Of a stretch of DNA of 64,000 nt, positions 58,169 to 64,000 are shown in pieces. The translations under genes and the position numbers were made by a program. The stretch is from Candidatus Poribacteria bacterium (GTDB lineage Bacteria > Poribacteria > WGA-4E > PCPOR2b), in NCBI GenBank assembly GCA_965208675.1, contig OZ242351.1, positions 1,696,001 through 1,760,000 on the forward strand, in the 5' to 3' direction. Position 1 is the first letter of the stretch, and the number at the start of each line of letters is the position of its first letter. A model generated the notes under the pieces. That model was not told where the DNA came from. It saw nothing but the letters and a program-made list of their open reading frames with translations, and ran no database searches.

Positions 58169-59125
58169 ATGTTCGATCCCAAGCGAATCCGTAGATTCGT
58201 ATTTGGTTTTGTTTTCCTCGCTTTATTAGCCATCCCTGCTTTTGCGCAGGCTGACAGCTCCGCCGTTTGCCTCATCGGTGATCATCTCGGCATCCCTGAA
58301 TCCGACGCGCAGACCGCGGCGATGTTGGCGTGCGATGAATTGCGCAAGCAGGGCATATCAATTACCGATCCCGTCTACGAGGCACCCGCTTCGGCAGATG
58401 CTTACCGCATTGTTTTGCGCCGGCTGGGCGAGAAGATTTTCGTGCGATTGAGTCACGAGAGTCCTATCGGCACGATTATCACCGAACGGTAGCTGACCTT
58501 GGCAAGTATCGAAGAGATTATACCCGCGACGCCCAGACTGGTTGACGCTCTTTTACACAACAAGCCGATTCATGATACGGTTGGCATAGAAAATGTCACT
58601 GAACAGGAAGCTCGCGAGCTCCGGAAGATATCGGGTGAGTCTCATTGGAATATAGGATTTTTCGGCGCATTCATCCCTAGCACTGACATTAATGGCACAC
58701 CCGGCTATCGGCTTGGTTAGTCCTATGAGTTGCCCTCCTACGCCGTGGAGACAGAGGGACGAATCATCGCAGGCAAAGACAACGGTGACGATCTTTCATT
58801 TGCCGCTTTTTCGGTAGGTATGCTCTACTTCTTCAGCAAACAGAATATATCACCTTATGTAAGTGCGGGAATGACTGCCGCTCGTGCATGGAGAACACAT
58901 GGCAATTCAGTTACAGACCTAGAACGGGGAATGGGTGTCTATACTGCTGGCGGCCTGCAGATGCTGTGTACCACTCAGAATCGTTTGAAGTTGGAATTGC
59001 GCGTAGATAAACCTTTTTTCTCGCTCCCCGACCAGTCCGTTGTGCCCGTAACAATCGGGCTTTTCTATTCCCGGCATTATGTTCCCGGTGGTAGCTCGGG
59101 TTGTATGTCTGGTTGTCTATTCTGA
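58169..59125 (+). pseudogene. Secreted / outer-membrane beta-barrel-like protein gene interrupted by two in-frame TAG codons
   Basis: ORFs 58169, 58499 and 58730 share one frame; TAG at 58490-58492 and 58718-58720. AAGGAG RBS and signal peptide at the start; beta-strand pattern YFFS...SPYVSAG. Confidence 0.75.
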
Positions 59126-59330
59126 TTCTAAGTCTGTTTGAATCAGTCTTCCCCTCAATAGAATAGGTCTTGTTGACATCTGAAGAATTAAACCAATCAT
59201 ACGGTTCTTGAGACGATTTCGGATCTTTGCAGGTCGATTTCCAAAATCGACCTGCTGTGAATATAGACCTGCTGCGTCCAACACCCGTTTATTGAGTTTC
59301 GTCACCTGAATTACATAAGGAGACAGACCA

Positions 59331-62300
59331 ATGCCGAAACGACGTTTCTGTTTTACGTTTTTCGTGCTGATATGCTTTTCACTTCCATTCACAGTAACCG
59401 CACAAACGGTAAACATCCCTGACGACAACCTCCGCGCTATTATTGAGAACGCACTCGGCAAGGCACCGGGCGACACTATCACCGCCGCAGAAATGGAGAT
59501 CTTCACCATAGCTAATCTTCCTAATGCGAACATTCGCGATTTGACCGGCCTTGAATACGCAATCAACTTGACAAACCTGAATCTGGGACCTGTGAGGGAG
59601 GGAGAGTCTGTGCGTCAAAGCAACATCCTATCCGACATCTCACCTATAGCGGGATTAACTAACCTAGAAGAACTCAATCTTGAATTCACCTTCTTATCCG
59701 ACATTTCGGCTCTGCAGGGATTAAACAACCTGACAAAACTGTATCTTGGGGGCAACGTAATATCTGATATCTCGCCCTTAGCCGGATTAAATAAACTGAT
59801 GTACCTAGGACTTGAAAATACCTTCCTATCCGACATTTCGCCTCTACAGGGATTAAACAACCTGCAATTTCTTGCTCTTCATGAAAACTCCATATCGGAC
59901 ATCTCGCCCTTAACCGGATTAAATAACCTGACATGGCTGTTTCTTTCAGGCAACTCCATAACCGACATTTCGCCCCTCCTTGAAAATACAGGATTGGGGC
60001 GGGCAGACATCGTGGATGTAACTGACAATCCCCTCAACGCCGCATCCATCAACGACCACATCCCCGCCCTCCAAAGCAGAGGGGTTAACGTGTTATTTGA
60101 TGCGGTCGTAGCAGAACCGGTGGTTATTCCCGACGCCAACCTCCGTGCTGCCATTGAGAATGTACTCGGCAAAACGTCGGGCGCAGCTATCACCACGGTG
60201 GATATGGGGACTTTGACCGAGCTTCGGGCGCCAAACGCCAACATTACCGCATTGACTGGGCTTGAAGCGGCAACCAATCTGAGGACACTGGATCTTGGTT
60301 CTGAACGTGTGGACGGGCGTTGGATGAATAGCAACTCCATATCCGATATCTCGCCTTTAGTGCACTTAACCAACTTGAAATACCTGTATCTTGACCGCAA
60401 TTCCGTATCCGACATATTGCCTTTAGCGCAATTAAGCAACTTGGAAGAACTGATTCTTCGGGGCAACTCCATATCCGACATCTCACCGCTAGCGAACTTA
60501 ACCAATCTGGCATGGCTGGTTCTTACGGACAACTCCATATCCGATATCTCGCCGCTAGCAAACTTAACCAGCCTAGAATACCTGTCTCTTGGAACCAACT
60601 CCATATCCGACATCTCGCCTCTGGCAGAATTAAACAACCTGACACGCCTGTCTCTTGAAATCAACTCCATATCCGATATCTCACCGCTAGAAAACTTAAC
60701 CAGCCTAGAATACCTGTCTCTCTGGTACAACTCTATATCCGATATCTCGGCTGTGGCAGGGTTAAACAACCTGACATACCTGTCTCTTGAAATCAACTCC
60801 ATATCCAACATCTCACCGCTAGCGAACTTAACCAGCCTAGAAAACCTAGGGCTTACTGGCAACTCCATATCCAACATCTCGCCTCTGGCAGGACTAAACA
60901 ACCTGACACGCCTGTCTCTTGAAATCAACTCCATATCCGACATCTCGGGGCTGGCAGGATTAAACAACCTGACGCAACTGGTTCTTCACGACAATTCCAT
61001 ATCCGACATCTCACCCCTCGTCGCAAATACAGGACTGGGGAGTGGAGACACGGTGGATGTACGCGAAAATCCCCTCAATGATGCCTCCATCAACGACCAC
61101 ATCCCCACCCTCCAAAGCAGAGGGGTTGACGTGTTATTTGATGCGGTCGTAGCAGAACCGGTGGTTTTTCCCGACGACAACCTCCGCGCCGCGATTGCGG
61201 ACGCTCTCGGCAAAACGTCGGGCGACGCTATCACCACGATGGATATGGAAGCTTTAACTGAACTTGACGCATCATATGCAGACGTCACCGATTTGACCGG
61301 GCTTGAAGCCGCAACCAACCTGACACAACTATTCCTTGGATTCAACGCTTTATCCGACATCTCCCCTGTAGCCGGATTAACCAACCTAACAGAACTGTCG
61401 CTTGACCTAAATGCCATATCCGACATCTCGCCTTTGGCAGGTTTAACCAACCTGACATTCCTAGATCTGTCCTCTAACCCCATATCTGACATCTCGCCTC
61501 TGGAAGGTTTAACTAACTTGACAGATTTAGTACTTTCGGACACCCTCATAGCCGACATCTCGCCTGTGGCGGGATTAACTAACCTGACAGACCTTGATCT
61601 TTGGGGCAGCGCCGTATCTGTCTTATCGCCTCTAGCAGCAAATATGGGGTTAGGGGAGGGAGATTGGGTGGATGTAACCGGAAATCCCCTCAATCAAGAA
61701 TCCATCAATACCCACATCCCTGCACTCCGGAGCAGAGGGGTTACCGTTGAATCTGACGCGGTCATAACCGAACCGGTGGCTATTACCGACGACAACCTCC
61801 GCGCTAAAATCGAGGAAGCGCTTGGCAAAGCGTCGGGCGACACCATCACCACCGCGGATATGGCGAATTTGACTGTGCTACACGATGCAGAAAATGCCAA
61901 CATTACTGATTTAACCGGGCTTGAAGCTGCAATCAATCTGCGGGGGCTGGAGATTTGGGGAAACTCCATATCCGACATCTCACCTCTGGCAAACTTAACC
62001 AACCTGACACACCTGTGGCTTGGGAGGAACTCCATATCCAACATCTCGCCTCTGGCAAACTTAACCAGCCTAGAATTCCTGTCTCTTGGAATCAACTCCA
62101 TATCCGACATCTCACCTCTGGCGAACTTAACCAGCCTAGAAACCCTGTCGCTTGGGGTTAACGCCATATCCGACATCTCGCCTCTGGCAAACTTAACCAG
62201 CCTAACAGACCTGGGGCTTTACGGGAACGCTATATCCGACATCTCGCCTCTGGCGGGATTAAACAACCTGACAGATCTGAATCTTGGGGGCCACTCCATA

Positions 62301-63875
62301 TCCGACATCTCACCACTCGCAGGATTAAACAACCTGACAAGCCTGTGGCTTCAGAGTAACTCAATATCCGATATCTCGCCTCTGGCAAACTTAACCAACC
62401 TGACAGATCTGAATCTTCCGGGGAACGTCATATCCGACATCTCACTTCTGGAAGGATTAAACAATCTGAGAAGGCTGACGCTTCAGAACAACTCTATATC
62501 CGACATCTCACCCCTGATCGCAAATGCCGGATTGGGAAGTGGAGATACGGTTAACTTATCTGAAAATCCCCTCAACTTCATATCCATTAACACCCACATC
62601 CCAACCCTCCGAAGTAAAGGGGTTGAGGTACGCGCTGATAACCTAAAGCCTACGACGTCAGAATTCACCCTGTCAATCCCGGCGGGTGTGCATGCAATTC
62701 ATATCCCGTTGGTTGTTAACCGGATTAACGGCGTGGACGGTACAATAGAGACAGTCGGAGATGTCTACGATGCGCTCGGCGATGCGGTGCGTTACATTAT
62801 CACGCTCGGCGCTGATGGCAACTGGATTGCCTATCTCGGCGACGAGAGCGAGGGCAGCATGGCGGACGCACCAATCCAAGACGACACGGGGCTAATAGCG
62901 GTGATGAAGGAACCTAAGACGCTTGAACTCATGGGCGATGCGTTAGGTACCGCCGGAACCTCCCAGATTAACCTGCTCTCTGGAAACAACCTCGTCGGTG
63001 TACCGCTCGATCCAACCACAGAACCCGATATGATTAGCGATCTGCTAGATGAAGGCGTTGCTGCAGTCGCGGTCTCCAATGCCGCAGGCGATGGATTCCA
63101 CACGATTGCCGCAGCCGGCGACACGGGCGACGGCCCTGTGATGGGCGGCGTCGGTTATATCGTCGTCGCTACCGGAGAATCTAGCATCTTTATAGAAGGG
63201 ACAGCTTGGGAGAACGCTGGTGCCGCGATGGCAGCGCCTGCAGTGGCGTTCAGCGGTACGCAGACACCGGTTCTCCATGTTCACGGCGGCGTTATGGACG
63301 AATTCGGCATGTTGGCACAAGTTCCCGAACTTAGTGTCACCGTGAAGAATCTGTCCACGGGCGCTTCGCTCGATACGGTTCTCGGATCAGAAGCATCCTA
63401 CAGCGCGACGTTTGTTGAGTTCGGACGCCATGCCGCGAAGGCGGGCGATGTGCTGGAAATCACGGCGCAATCGCGGAACCCGTTCGTCGGTGTACGTCCG
63501 GCACCGCAGATAGTCGTTAGCGCGGACGAGGTGTTGGCGAGCCGAATCAGTCTGCCCGACTTGGAACTCTATGAGATTCCGTCGGAGACCGAGCTGTTGG
63601 CTAACTTCCCGAATCCGTTCAACCCTGAAACGTGGATTCCGTACCGGTTAGCGAAAGCTGCAAAAGTGTCATTGGAAATCTATGACACCAACGGCAGCTT
63701 GGTACGATCCATTGATGCCGGCTTCAAACCAGCGGCTGTGTACGAATCTCGTGCATCGGCGATATACTGGGACGGCCGCAACAACTACGGTGAGCGCGTT
63801 GCCAGTGGCACGTACTTCTATCTCTTGGTTACAGGCACCTATTCCGCTACGCGGAAGATGGTTATCGTGAAATAG
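59331..63875 (+). CDS. Secreted internalin-like LRR protein with four capped LRR modules and a C-terminal FlgD-Ig/T9SS-like sorting domain
   Basis: 22-aa repeats LxxLxLxxNSISDISPLAxLxN; four N-caps (xDxNLRAxIxxxLGK); tail LLANFPNPFNPETWIPY...YWDGRN...RKMVIVK. Confidence 0.93.
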   Translation: MPKRRFCFTFFVLICFSLPFTVTAQTVNIPDDNLRAIIENALGKAPGDTITAAEMEIFTIANLPNANIRDLTGLEYAINLTNLNLGPVREGESVRQSNILSDISPIAGLTNLEELNLEFTFLSDISALQGLNNLTKLYLGGNVISDISPLAGLNKLMYLGLENTFLSDISPLQGLNNLQFLALHENSISDISPLTGLNNLTWLFLSGNSITDISPLLENTGLGRADIVDVTDNPLNAASINDHIPALQSRGVNVLFDAVVAEPVVIPDANLRAAIENVLGKTSGAAITTVDMGTLTELRAPNANITALTGLEAATNLRTLDLGSERVDGRWMNSNSISDISPLVHLTNLKYLYLDRNSVSDILPLAQLSNLEELILRGNSISDISPLANLTNLAWLVLTDNSISDISPLANLTSLEYLSLGTNSISDISPLAELNNLTRLSLEINSISDISPLENLTSLEYLSLWYNSISDISAVAGLNNLTYLSLEINSISNISPLANLTSLENLGLTGNSISNISPLAGLNNLTRLSLEINSISDISGLAGLNNLTQLVLHDNSISDISPLVANTGLGSGDTVDVRENPLNDASINDHIPTLQSRGVDVLFDAVVAEPVVFPDDNLRAAIADALGKTSGDAITTMDMEALTELDASYADVTDLTGLEAATNLTQLFLGFNALSDISPVAGLTNLTELSLDLNAISDISPLAGLTNLTFLDLSSNPISDISPLEGLTNLTDLVLSDTLIADISPVAGLTNLTDLDLWGSAVSVLSPLAANMGLGEGDWVDVTGNPLNQESINTHIPALRSRGVTVESDAVITEPVAITDDNLRAKIEEALGKASGDTITTADMANLTVLHDAENANITDLTGLEAAINLRGLEIWGNSISDISPLANLTNLTHLWLGRNSISNISPLANLTSLEFLSLGINSISDISPLANLTSLETLSLGVNAISDISPLANLTSLTDLGLYGNAISDISPLAGLNNLTDLNLGGHSISDISPLAGLNNLTSLWLQSNSISDISPLANLTNLTDLNLPGNVISDISLLEGLNNLRRLTLQNNSISDISPLIANAGLGSGDTVNLSENPLNFISINTHIPTLRSKGVEVRADNLKPTTSEFTLSIPAGVHAIHIPLVVNRINGVDGTIETVGDVYDALGDAVRYIITLGADGNWIAYLGDESEGSMADAPIQDDTGLIAVMKEPKTLELMGDALGTAGTSQINLLSGNNLVGVPLDPTTEPDMISDLLDEGVAAVAVSNAAGDGFHTIAAAGDTGDGPVMGGVGYIVVATGESSIFIEGTAWENAGAAMAAPAVAFSGTQTPVLHVHGGVMDEFGMLAQVPELSVTVKNLSTGASLDTVLGSEASYSATFVEFGRHAAKAGDVLEITAQSRNPFVGVRPAPQIVVSADEVLASRISLPDLELYEIPSETELLANFPNPFNPETWIPYRLAKAAKVSLEIYDTNGSLVRSIDAGFKPAAVYESRASAIYWDGRNNYGERVASGTYFYLLVTGTYSATRKMVIVK

Positions 63876-64000
63876 TGTCCATGTTCATTTCTGAGGTTTT
63901 TGTCAATTCATTGTGGGCGATATGGAATGATATTGGTGAGACAGATTTACATTTTTTAGTCAAGGAGTTGACTTGGGCAGTACTGAAAGAGCAGTAACAG

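Noticed and set aside
58169-59125. Genome-wide TAG reassignment
   Set aside because: Many clearly complete genes here end in TAG (e.g. 21170, 32651, 50300, 55002, 63875).
59615-62668. Long repetitive antisense ORFs (e.g. 59879-60967, 60986-61693)
   Set aside because: They are shadow frames of the LRR repeats on the opposite strand.
59331-63875. Diversity-generating retroelement target
   Set aside because: No reverse transcriptase or template repeat in the window. Many variable codons end in C, but the variation is not restricted to an adenine-only pattern.

Overview
Bacterial chromosomal segment of about 45 CDS. No rRNA, tRNA, CRISPR array, transposase or reverse transcriptase is visible. 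Secreted proteins ending in the '...NFPNPFNPETWIPY...YWDGRN...RKMVIVK' domain and the 'AVEPxxKxxTxWxxLK' tail suggest Candidatus Poribacteria (inference from recalled motifs). Positions 1-9.6 kb are a minus-strand defence locus: sspB (DUF4007), sspC (large ATPase) and sspD (PAPS-reductase fold), i.e. an Ssp-type DNA phosphorothioation module. It is followed by a compact DUF262-HNH nuclease and a GHKL/MORC-like ATPase that is cut by the window edge and absent from the ORF track. Four toxin-less antitoxin-like genes and nests of REP/MITE-like repeats are interleaved in this locus. The middle of the window is metabolic and housekeeping: RsbW/RsbV, birA, TRAP transporter, a degenerate TPP enzyme, a TIM-barrel sugar/cyclitol catabolic cluster, glpK with a two-component system, and tandem aldo-keto reductases. 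The right end carries a PAS kinase and a sigma-54 activator, then enhancer-like sites, a -24/-12 promoter and a highly structured non-coding stretch (candidate sigma-54 sRNA). These are followed by a gene broken by two in-frame TAG codons and a 1514-aa four-module LRR protein. The best leads are the non-canonical Ssp effector pair, the candidate sRNA, and a 71-codon in-frame domain insertion flanked by a 9-bp imperfect duplication.
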